Source of the DNA: Eledone cirrhosa
Taxonomy: Eukaryota
Assembly (NCBI GenBank): GCA_964016885.1
Contig: CAXHJY010001329.1
Span: forward strand, 1-16,692
Direction of reading: 5' to 3'
DNA length: 16,692 nt
Shown here piece after piece: positions 1 through 13,020 of this stretch. A program made the translations under genes and the position numbers. Within the stretch, counting starts at the first letter, position 1, and each line of letters begins with the position of its first letter. Under the pieces are notes generated by a model. That model ran no database searches, was not told the DNA's origin, and worked only from the letters and a program-made list of their open reading frames with translations.

Positions 1-32
1 TGATTCTTTGGGTGGATGATAGGGTGACTGTT

Positions 33-120
33 TTTGTTGTTTAGGCCAAGGTCAGCACTGACTGAGCAGACTTACAATTAAAGATATCCAGCCATGACCA
101 TCCAGTCTTCTTTTTTTTTC
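33..120. repeat. Possible old dispersed-repeat fragment
   Basis: tgttgtt..gccaaggtca recurs at about 35-54 and 213-234. It resembles a repeat I recall from octopus sequences, which cannot be verified here. Confidence 0.3.
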
Positions 121-923
121 TCGGTACAGTGTATAAGGACTAATTCAATGAACCTTTACTTATATTTTTATTATGCATAGAGGCTCATTTGTTAGCGTGT
201 ACATAGAATGGTTGTTGTTATGTAGCCAAGGTCAACCAGGGATCCTTTAAGGCTCAGTAATGTCCCTCTCTGAGGTCTGCACTCTAGCTGGCTGCCTAGT
301 TGGCCTTAATGGTAGCACCAGTATGATTAGAACTTGAGTAAGGCAAAATAGAACATTTTGTTACCGGGTGTGTTAGACAAAATAGCTTGAGTCAGCATCT
401 GAGCAACAGTTTCTTTTTTTTGTCCAATCAGATCAGCCATATTCACTCGTTCTTTATTACCAGCTCCTGACTGGGGTGTGGTTCCTGTAAATACATTTAT
501 GGGGAAATAAAGCTCAATATAAAAGAATCTGTTTACATTGAGAATGGCAAACAGTTACTAACTTTTAACATACTGTAATGATTTAGCAGAAAATATCTAA
601 ACATGGATCTATTAATTCAAATGTGAATAGTATCTTCACTAGTGGACAAATAGTGAAATTTTGTAATAGTAGAGTAAATACTTTAATTTTCAATGTGATG
701 CAATTATAGAGTTGTTTTATACTTTTCAAGAGTGTCTTGCTAATGTAGTTTCATATAGTACAAGACATAAATAGTTAAATATTGCATGTTCAGAGATACT
801 GAAAAGGTCCGTAATAGAAGTAGTTGATAACCACAGGAGCAAATAATAATAGGGCTGGTTTATCATCATCATCATCCAGTTTGTGATTATGCAGGACACA
901 ATTAATCCCTAAGTAGGCATGGG

Positions 924-4385
<3,462 letters not shown>

Positions 4386-4449
4386 GTTAGTTTTATCTTT
4401 ACAATTAAACACTGTTCAACTTTAGATAAACATTGACAGAACCAACATT

Positions 4450-5270
4450 GTCTCTCTCTCTATATATCTGTCCGTCTGTCTGTGACTTTATATCTGTCTG
4501 TCTGTCTGTGACTATATCTGTCTGTCTGTGACTATATATCTGTCTGCCTGTCTGTCTGTTTATATCTGTCTATATATCTGTCTGTCTGTCTGTCTGTGAC
4601 TATATATCTGTCTGCCTGTCTGTCTGTTTATATCTGTCTATATATCTGTCTGTCTGTCTGTTTATATCTGTCTATATATCTGTCTGTCTGTCTGTTTATA
4701 TCTGTCTATATATCTGTCTGTCTGTCTGTCTGTGACTATATCTGTCTATATATCTGTCTGTGACTATATATCTGTGTGTCAGTCTATCTGTCTGTCTGTC
4801 TATATATCTGTCTGTCTGTCTGTCTGTGACTATATATCTGCCTGTCTGTCTGTCTGTCTGTGTCTATATATCTGTCTGTCTGTCTGTCTGTGACTATATA
4901 TCTGCCTGTCTGTCTGTCTGTGACTATATATCTGCCTGTCTGTCTGTCTGTGACTATATATCTGTCTGTCTGTCTGTCTGTATGTCTGTCTATATATCTG
5001 TCTCTCTGTCTGTCTGTGACTATATATCTGCCTGTCTGTCTGTGACTATATATCTGTGTGTCAGTCTATCTGTCTGTCTGTATATATATCTGTGTCTGTC
5101 TATCACTATATATCTGTATGTTTGTCTATGTGTCAGTCTATGTGTCAGACTGACACACAGACACACAGACTGACACATAGACTGACACACAGACACACAG
5201 ACTATGTGTCAGTCTGTGTGTCTATGTGTCAGTCTGTGTGTCAGTCTGTGAGTTAGTCTGTCTGTCTGTC
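4450..5270. repeat. (TCTG)n-based compound minisatellite with recurring TGTGACTATATATCTG units
   Basis: Repeated tctg runs and tgtgactatatatctg / tctatatatctg motifs. A segment at about 5147-5203 is locally inverted. Confidence 0.93.
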
Positions 5271-5352
5271 AAGGTGGTGACGGGTAGCCTAGCTGGCTAT
5301 CTAGCTCTATAAATAAACACAAACGTACAATGTGTTTACTGACAAATACCAC

Positions 5353-5355
5353 TAC

Positions 5356-5425
<70 letters not shown>
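5353..5425. repeat. (TA)n microsatellite flanking the HHR array
   Basis: Almost pure TA run immediately left of the element beginning tatatgaaagacg. Confidence 0.95.
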
Positions 5426-5429
<4 letters not shown>

Positions 5430-5481
5430 GACGTAAAATAAGAAAATTTTAAAAATTAAAAATTAACTTACTAAAATTTTC

Positions 5482-5563
5482 ACTCCAACTAATTAGTTTC
5501 TGTAATGGGATAAATATAGTTACACAATATAACTATCGAGAATTTATTACGTCATCAGGGAGT
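5482..5563 (-). ncRNA. Type I hammerhead ribozyme motif, family A, copy 1
   Basis: Reverse complement of ACTCC-CTGATGA-helix II-GAAA-CTAATTAG-TT-GGAGT, with one helix II substitution relative to the other copies. Confidence 0.72.
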
Positions 5564-5993
5564 CTATTCTCAGCTAAGTTCCCAGGCAATGCGCGGACAC
5601 TAGGAACCTATATAAAAATAATAATTCAGTGGATGTAATAAGCTAGCGAGGACTAAGTTCCATAGCACTGAAAAAGTTCACGTGACACTGAGGTTAGTCA
5701 GTTAGGAGTGGGGTGATATTATGACAAGAGCCTACTACTACTACTACTACTACTACTACTATGAATTAGCAGTAGATTTGGCAAGTTTGCTCAACAAATA
5801 ATTTGGAGATAAATATAGAGAATTAGTACATCTACCAACATATGTGCACAGATGTACACTAATGCTAGCAAATATATAAGTTATGTCAAAGTACCTAGGT
5901 GGTTCTATGCAGGAGGATGCAGAACAATTATATGAAAGACGTAAAATAAGAAAATTTTAAAAATTAAAAATTAACTTACTTACTAAAATTTTC

Positions 5994-6075
5994 ACTCCAA
6001 CTAATTAGTTTCTGTAATGGGATAAATATAGTTACACAGTATAACTATCGAGAATTCATTACGTCATCAGGGAGT
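5994..6075 (-). ncRNA. Type I hammerhead ribozyme motif, family A, copy 2
   Basis: On + it reads actcc aactaattagtttc ... tcatcag ggagt, 512 nt from copy 1. Confidence 0.75.
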
Positions 6076-6187
6076 CTATTCTTAGTTATGGAATTTAGTC
6101 CTCGCTAGCTTATTACATCCACTGAATTATTATTTTTATATGGGTTCCTAGTGTCCGCGCATTGCCTGGGAACTTAGCTGAGAATAG

Positions 6188-6269
6188 ACTCCCTGATGAC
6201 GTAATGAATTCTCGATAGTTATATTGTGTAACTATATGTATCCCATTACAGAAACTAATTAGTTGGAGT
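6188..6269 (+). ncRNA. Type I hammerhead ribozyme motif, family A, copy 3
   Basis: Helix I ACTCC(6188-92)/GGAGT(6265-69). CTGATGA at 6193-99. Helix II GTAATG(6201-06)/CATTAC(6244-49) with distal hairpin ATAGTTATA-ttg-TGTAACTAT. GAAA at 6251-54. Palindromic helix III AACTAATTAGTT. Predicted cleavage after GUU at 6264. Confidence 0.78.
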
Positions 6270-6500
6270 GAAAATTTTAGTAAGTAAGTTAATTTTTAAT
6301 TTTTTAATTTTCTTATTTTACGTGTTTCATATAATTGTTCTGCATCCTCCTGCATAGAACCACCTAGGTACTTTGACATAACTTATATATTTGCTAGCAT
6401 TAGTGTACATCTGTACGCATATGTTGGTAGATGTACTAATTCTCTATATTTATCTCAAAATTATTTGTTGAGCAAACTTGCCAAATCTACTGCTAATTCA

Positions 6501-6551
<51 letters not shown>

Positions 6552-6757
6552 GCTCTTGTCATAATACCACCCCACTCCTAACTGACTAACCTCAGTGTCA
6601 CGTGATTGATTCTTTAGAATCTGCCACTGACCAGAGGCAGTGAACTTTTTCAGTGCTATGGAATTTAGTCCTCGCTAGCTTATTACATCCACTGAATTAT
6701 TATTTTTATATGGGTTCCTAGTGTCCGCGCATTGCCTGGGAACTTAGCTGAGAATAG

Positions 6758-6839
6758 ACTCCCTGATGACGTAATGAATTCTCGATAGTTATATTGTGTA
6801 ACTATATTTATCCCATTACAGAAACTAATTAGTTGGAGT
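6758..6839 (+). ncRNA. Type I hammerhead ribozyme motif, family A, copy 4
   Basis: Same layout as copy 3, exactly 570 nt downstream. Predicted cleavage after 6834. Confidence 0.78.
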
Positions 6840-7016
6840 GAAAATTTTAGTAAGTAAGTTAATTTTTAATTTTTAAAATGTTCTTATTTTACGTCTTTCA
6901 TATAATTGTTCTGCATCCTCCTGCATAGAACCACCTAGGTACTTTGACATAACTTATATATTTACTAGTATTAGTGTACATCTGTACGCATATGTTGGTA
7001 GATGTACTAATTCTCT

Positions 7017-7590
<574 letters not shown>

Positions 7591-7674
7591 AGTCTGCTGA
7601 CCTATCGATTCCAGAGGCGTGCCCGAAACGCGCGTCACGTGAGAATAAAAAATATATTGATATTTCGTTCGCAC

Positions 7675-7746
7675 ACCACCACCATCACCATCATCACCAA
7701 CAACATCATCATCACCACCATGATCATCATCATGATCATCATCATC
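7675..7746. repeat. (CAT/CAC)n trinucleotide repeat
   Basis: caccaccaccatcaccatcatc... gives the poly-His in the spurious ORF 7179-7778. Confidence 0.9.
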
Positions 7747-7761
7747 AACACAAAACATTTG

Positions 7762-8230
7762 CACATGCACACACATAACTGAAAACATCCACATACACAC
7801 ATACAATAACATCCATACCTCCACACACATACAACTCAAAACACACATACACACATACAATAACATCCATACCTGCACACGCATGTAACTCAAAACATCC
7901 ATACACACATACAATAACATCCATACCTCCACACACATACAACTCAAAACACACATACACACATACAATAACATCCATACCTACACACACATACAACTCA
8001 AAACACACATACACGCATACAATAACATCCATACCTGCACACGCATGTAACTCAAAACATCCACATCCACACATACAATAACATCCATACCTGCACACAC
8101 ACACACACACACACGCAGACAGACATATCTACCTTGTTGATGTCTAAATTCCAATGAAAGAGTCTTGTATCTATGTTAGAAATCGACTTTCTATTGCTAA
8201 AAGTTTTATAAAATTATAAAACCAGAAGAA
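7762..8230 (+). mobile_element. RLE non-LTR retrotransposon, 3' UTR-only copy A, with a 6x about 54-bp internal tandem expansion
   Basis: Matches the 3' UTR of the copy at 15511-15741 (catatctacc..gttgatgt..aaattccaatga..gagtcttgt..tatgttagaaa..cgact..ttataaaaccagaagaa). AATAACATCCATACC occurs at 7805, 7859, 7913, 7967, 8021 and 8077. Followed by catacatac. Confidence 0.85.
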
Positions 8231-8251
8231 CATACATACATATATACATTT

Positions 8252-8500
8252 CGATGCCTGTGATTATTGGGGCACTGGGGTATGTTAGTAACTGCCTCAA
8301 TACAAATCTTGAGAAGCTGAGCTTCACAGAAACAGAAAGAACACAACTAGTTAGGAAATTACAAGTACAATCCATTAATGGAACAGTAAAAATATGTAAA
8401 ACATTCCAAAAAATTTGCATCTAATAACTGCATATACACATGTTAGAAACCGACTCTCTCTCTATTGGTAAAATGTTGTGATATTATAAAACCAGAAGAA
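8252..8500 (+). mobile_element. RLE non-LTR retrotransposon, 5'-truncated copy B (ORF C-terminus plus internally deleted 3' UTR)
   Basis: Encodes MPVIIGALGYVSNCLNTNLEKLSFTETERTQLVRKLQVQSINGTVKICKTFQKICI*, near-identical to the end of ORF 15739-16029. Ends AAAACCAGAAGAA followed by tatacatacatac. Confidence 0.9.
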
Positions 8501-8527
8501 TATACATACATACACAGGTACATACAT

Positions 8528-8581
<54 letters not shown>

Positions 8582-8627
8582 AATGTGGAGAGGAAGCACA
8601 CGAGTTTATATATATATATATATATAT

Positions 8628-8970
8628 GAAAACAGGGAGAAAGAGACGATTATTAAAAAGAAAGATATATTTTTTTTCCTTTTTTGTTTCTCTGTCTCTT
8701 TTTCTGGGTTAGAAAATGATTAAAACGAAATGTTTTACTTTGTGTGAAGTGTTAAGGTATTAGTTGATTTATTTATTATTTATAATTAAATATATAAATA
8801 GATAAATAAATGCCATTGTTAAATAATAAATAAATCAACTAATACCTTAACACTTCACACAAAGTAAAACATTTCGTTTTAATCATTTTCTAACCCAGAA
8901 AAAAGAGAGAGAGAAACAAAAAAGGAAAACAATATATCTTTCTTCTTAATAATCGTCTCTTTCTCCCTGT

Positions 8971-8974
<4 letters not shown>
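8628..8974. repeat. Long inverted repeat (155-bp arms, 37-nt spacer) embedded in (TA)n
   Basis: 8628-8782 is the reverse complement of 8820-8974 with a few mismatches. TA runs lie on both sides. Confidence 0.92.
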
Positions 8975-9018
<44 letters not shown>

Positions 9019-9054
9019 TTACAAATATTAATAAAATAGATGTTCTTTTCAACA

Positions 9055-9117
9055 ATTACATTTTATTATACATATTTCGGATGTAAAACAGTACATCCTC
9101 ATCAGACAAAATATAAT
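9055..9117 (-). ncRNA. Minimal type I hammerhead ribozyme, family B, left-arm copy
   Basis: Reverse complement of 9217-9279 (tttc ggatgta aaacag tacatcc tcatcag on +). Confidence 0.88.
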
Positions 9118-9216
9118 GATACATGACATACCCTGAGATGTTAAATGGTTAAGATTTAATCAAGACTACCTTGATTAAATCTTAACCATTTAACATCTCA
9201 GGGTATGTCATGTATC

Positions 9217-9279
9217 ATTATATTTTGTCTGATGAGGATGTACTGTTTTACATCCGAAATATGTATAATAAAATGTAAT
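9217..9279 (+). ncRNA. Minimal type I hammerhead ribozyme, family B, right-arm copy
   Basis: Helix I ATTATATTTTGT/ATAAAATGTAAT (12 bp, 2 GU). CTGATGA at 9229-35. Helix II GGATGTA/TACATCC (7 bp, canonical G-C closure). GAAA at 9256-59. Short quasi-palindromic helix III ATATGTAT. Predicted cleavage after AUA at 9267. Confidence 0.88.
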
Positions 9280-9315
9280 TGATGAAAAGAACATCTATTT
9301 TATTAATATTTGTAA

Positions 9316-9365
<50 letters not shown>

Positions 9366-9367
<2 letters not shown>

Positions 9368-9640
9368 TTACTTGAAGGCGGTCGCCCAGGCTGGCACCTG
9401 CTGGCTCTGGCCACCTTCAGGTCTTAAACCTTTCTCTCTACTGTTCAGCCCCTTGGATTGTGTCTACCATTATTATATTCCTTTAATAGAAAAATTTCGT
9501 AACACCTGATGATGTCACCTGGTTCCTGCAGAACCCGGTCATTGAAATGTGTATAATAAACCTTTATAATAAACCATGTGCATAGTGTTTATAATAAACC
9601 TTTAAGGAATTTCACCAGTCCAGCCTTCTGTCATTTTACT

Positions 9641-9643
<3 letters not shown>
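9366..9643 (+). mobile_element. Penelope-like terminal fragment in (TA)n carrying a decayed/rearranged HHR (family C)
   Basis: AACAC-CTGATGA (9501-12), imperfect helix II containing GGTTC/GAACC, GAAA at 9544-47, ATGTGCAT-A-GTGTT (9576-89). Upstream GC-rich hairpin 9373-9419. TA runs on both sides. Confidence 0.6.
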
Positions 9644-9688
<45 letters not shown>

Positions 9689-9938
9689 CATAAATTATCG
9701 AGATTCGCATTTCGGCCCACGAAATAACGAAAAACAACCTCCGAGATGTGAGGCAAGTGCTCAATGGTTCAGATGAACCAGAGCTATAACAAACGTTAAA
9801 CGCCAAACACACTGAGACGATGGTTAAACAATCATTCGCATAGCCAAAAAAACGATCAAGTAATTCGGGTATTGAAAATTTACACAAGGTAAAAAGCAAG
9901 TAAGTTAATCTTTGTTGTTCTCTCCAGCATTTTAAATA

Positions 9939-9985
<47 letters not shown>

Positions 9986-10174
9986 ATATATATATATATA
10001 TGATATATATATATATATATGATATATATATATATATATATACACACAACATATAAAACAATAACATTTTTGTTTAATGCATTTAATTGCTGACGATCGT
10101 TAAAACAAAAATATTACCCTTCCTTATTTATAATTGTATATAGATTATATATGAGTATAAATATTATTATTATT

Positions 10175-10251
10175 ATAAAGTACCAGTAATGCACTGGGGG
10201 TAATTGCTGGCCTTGTGCCAAAAGTAGAAACTATTATTATTATTATTATTA
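10175..10251 (+). mobile_element. SINE 3' fragment with (TAT)n tail
   Basis: ataaagtaccagt..gcactggggg taattgctggccttgtgccaaaagtagaaac matches the copies at 13736-13843 and 14283-14469. Confidence 0.85.
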
Positions 10252-10281
10252 TATATATATATATACATACATACATACATA

Positions 10282-11303
10282 CCTGTATGCAAAAGGCTAA
10301 CAGAAATAAAGCAAACGACACAGTAGAATGAAGAAATATATTTGTTTTATGCTTGATATAACAGGAACAGTGTCTTAACGTTTCGGACGGTTGTCTTTCA
10401 TCATAAAATAGAGTGAGAAATTAAAGAAGAAATAGCAAGATATGAGATTTGGTTGTGGCAGAAATGAAAAAGATTCATTGAGAAAAACCACGTGTATTTA
10501 CAAGTAAGTATGTTTTGAAACCGCGAGCGAGTTTGAAATTAGAAATAGAACCTTTCACCGTATCTTTGACTAAAGAAATTTTAGCCTGATAGTGGGGTTT
10601 AGAACCCTCAAAGAAATGGAAAAAGATTAGTATTGGCGTTTATTAAAGTCGCCACTCTTATACTAAACACTCTGTAAAAATAGTGGGGTTTAGAACCCTC
10701 AAAGAAATGGAAAATGTTGAGTAGTGGCGTCTATTAAACAGTCTGTAGAAATTACAGATTATAAATAAATTGGGCAATTATTAAAGCACACAACAGATAT
10801 TCTCCACCAGTGTACTCAACATATGTTAATATAAACCAGGAATTATTTTTGGATATGACATCAAGTATATAGAATGAAAGAATGGTGTGGAATCTGCAGA
10901 GCGTGGAGGAGCAAAAGCTAATTTCTCATTCACCAAAACACCTTTACACGACACACCCATTCCCTTAGGTTCAGCAATAAGTGCGATGTGGTACCTGCTT
11001 CGAAATACATCTTGATTTTGAAAAACAGGAGAGACAATAACTCCACTATGGAATGAAGTATTGTTACAAATTCAAAGACATAAAAATGCAGAAGCAGATG
11101 TTATCTATGTGCCACTGAAAACCAAGTTAGTTTTTTCCTAACTGTATATTGAACACGGCAGATAAGATTTTCTCACCAAGCATTCATGCAGTGAAATTTA
11201 AATTCCAAGGCTTCAAGCACGTCCCTGTGTCAGTGGACTTTCTACTGTAAACCTGTTGGATTCCCAGGCGCCATCCCTCCTTACTGACATAGAAATATCA
11301 ACT
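10282..11303 (-). mobile_element. Possible highly decayed Penelope-like element
   Basis: Degenerate HHR on - at 10373-10408 (aTGATGA-aagac aacc gtcc-GAAA-CG-TT-aaga) near a microsatellite junction. Short VYSRKSTDTGTCL peptide on - at 11214-11252 resembles the Penelope RT VYRKPT motif. No continuous ORF, and the boundaries are uncertain. Confidence 0.3.
10589..10738. repeat. Imperfect 59-bp direct repeat, period 91
   Basis: atagtggggtttagaaccctcaaagaaatggaaaa...tggcgt.tattaaa at 10589-10647 and 10680-10738. Confidence 0.85.
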
Positions 11304-11309
11304 CATTAT

Positions 11310-11755
11310 TATTATACTGGAAGTGAAACATGGAAGCTTTCATCCAAACAACAAAAGTACCTTGATGGCACCTACACTACTACTACTACTACTACTACCA
11401 CTATCACCTTGATGGTACCTACACTCGCCTGCTTCAACACATTCAGAACATAAGCTGGCAACATCTGACTTTGAGAGAGATATATGCCGGCCTCCCACGC
11501 GTATCTGTTGTACGTAAAAGGAGAGTAATATTTGCTGGCCACTGCAATCGTGCCCCCTCTTAGGCTGTGTCCCTCCATTAGTGCTTTGGAAACCACAAGC
11601 AGTCACTAATAATAGGGGGCGCAAGCTCTCCTATTCCCATATCATCTCCAGAGATTCAGGTATTGAAATCCAGGACTTGGCAACGGCAATGAACGACAGA
11701 CTCACGTGGAGATCAATTGTTGAGTCCATTTTAGCTGAGGATGATGATGATGATG
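11310..11755 (+). mobile_element. RTE-clade LINE 3' fragment (frameshifted) with (GAT)n tail
   Basis: Pieces translate as GSETWKLS..LDGTYTRLLQHIQNISWQH..LTLREIYAGLP..RRVIFAGHC..LWKP..RGRKLSY..ISRDSG..DLATAMNDRLTWRSIV, typical of the RTE post-RT C-terminus. Ends gatgatgatgatgatg. Confidence 0.85.
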
Positions 11756-11759
11756 TTAA

Positions 11760-11980
11760 CCCTTTAATGTTCAAACCGGCCAAAACCGGCCAGAATTCTC
11801 TACCTTTTTTCTGTTGAAACTGGCTGTAACTGGTTGCTCAAACTGATGTTAAGGTATTGTTCTCAAAATAAACACTTACAAAATCTCATAGATTCGATAT
11901 TAGGTGAGATATTTATGTGAGGTAAAGCTTTTACCATGAAAATATAATAGTATATATAGAGTAATGTGAATGCTAAAGGG
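11760..11980. mobile_element. piggyBac-type MITE (221 bp)
   Basis: TTAA at 11756-59 and 11981-84 (TSD). Termini CCCTTTAATGTTCA ... TGAATGCTAAAGGG form an imperfect 14-bp TIR with CCC/GGG ends. No ORF. Confidence 0.85.
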
Positions 11981-12212
11981 TTAAAGTAGTGTGTGGCTCC
12001 CAGTCTCCCAAAGAAATAAAAATGTTTCTTCCGGACATTACCAGGCACAAGGTTTGCCAAGGAACTCTCGGGAAAAAATCTTTACAATTAAGCCAAACCA
12101 ATATTATTGCCGAGAAATACGATTTACAAAAATGTATGATTTGCGAAAACAGTTGATAAAAAATAAATACGGTTTACAAAAACACCTGTTTTAGATATGA
12201 CATACAAAAATA

Positions 12213-12460
12213 CAATTTATATAATAAATATGATTTTCAAAAAACAATTTGTATAATAAATATAATTTACAAAAATGCAATTTATATAATAAATATGATT
12301 TTCAAAAAACAATTTGTATAATAAAAATAATTTACAAAAATGCAATTTATATAATAAATACAATTTATATAATAAATATGATATACAACAGAATTTATAA
12401 AATATATACAATATTCAAAATACAATTTACAAAACATATATATAATTTACAAAAGAAATA
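12213..12460. repeat. AT-rich minisatellite, 65-bp period built from about 32-bp subunits
   Basis: caatttatataataaata at 12213, 12278 and 12343, with degenerate copies beyond. Confidence 0.8.
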
Positions 12461-12644
12461 AATCAATAAACTTTAGTCAGGAAAAAAAATGAGACATCCG
12501 CAGACGCTAGGATAGGTAATGGCGGAGTTTCGGCGCTAAAGGTTTTTCAGGCAATCCAATTTATACATATTGCCTTGCCGCGGGTGATAACGAGGCTAAG
12601 ACGCTGGAATAGCCAAACCCTCTCATACATACATGTTTATATAG

Positions 12645-13020
<376 letters not shown>

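Larger units (their letters stand above)
5421..7016. mobile_element. Non-coding hammerhead-bearing retroelement array (Penelope pLTR-like / retrozyme-like): about 1.3 units on - (5421-6085) joined to about 1.6 units on + (6087-7016)
   Basis: gaaagacgtaaaataagaaaa occurs at 5426 and 5934. tatggaatttagtcctcgctagc occurs at 6087 and 6657. 5421-6085 is the reverse complement of about 6176-6904. There are four CTGATGA...GAAA cores, an internal (TAG)n of 10 vs 17 units, no long ORF, and (TA)n on both flanks. Confidence 0.85.
9013..9321. mobile_element. Near-perfect palindrome (152-bp arms, 5-nt loop ACTAC) of an HHR-bearing Penelope-like terminal repeat, in (TA)n
   Basis: 9013-9164 vs 9170-9321 with one mismatch seen. 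Each arm carries a full HHR core, oriented outward from the centre. Confidence 0.85.

Noticed and set aside
4760-5256. Cys/Ser/Leu/Val-rich ORFs
   Set aside because: They are translations of the TCTG minisatellite.
7777-8100. Regularly spaced repeats resembling a CRISPR array
   Set aside because: The intervening sequences are themselves repeats rather than unique spacers, the unit derives from the RLE 3' UTR, and there are no cas genes.
8214-8420. Paralogous ORFs MQIFWNVLH (8214-8420) and MQNFWNVLH (15743-15925) as a small gene family
   Set aside because: They are antisense shadows of the RLE ORF C-terminus.
9636-10067. 143-aa minus-strand ORF across the island at 9683-9940
   Set aside because: Both ends are microsatellite and the middle has no recognisable motif. 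No HHR core was found in the island, and its identity is unresolved.
10586-10640. CTGATAG...GGGTT/AACCC...GAAA as a hammerhead
   Set aside because: The core is not CTGANGA, and there is no convincing helix I or III.
12520-12555. Minus-strand CTGAAAA...GAAAC as a hammerhead
   Set aside because: Core mismatch, and helix II does not pair.
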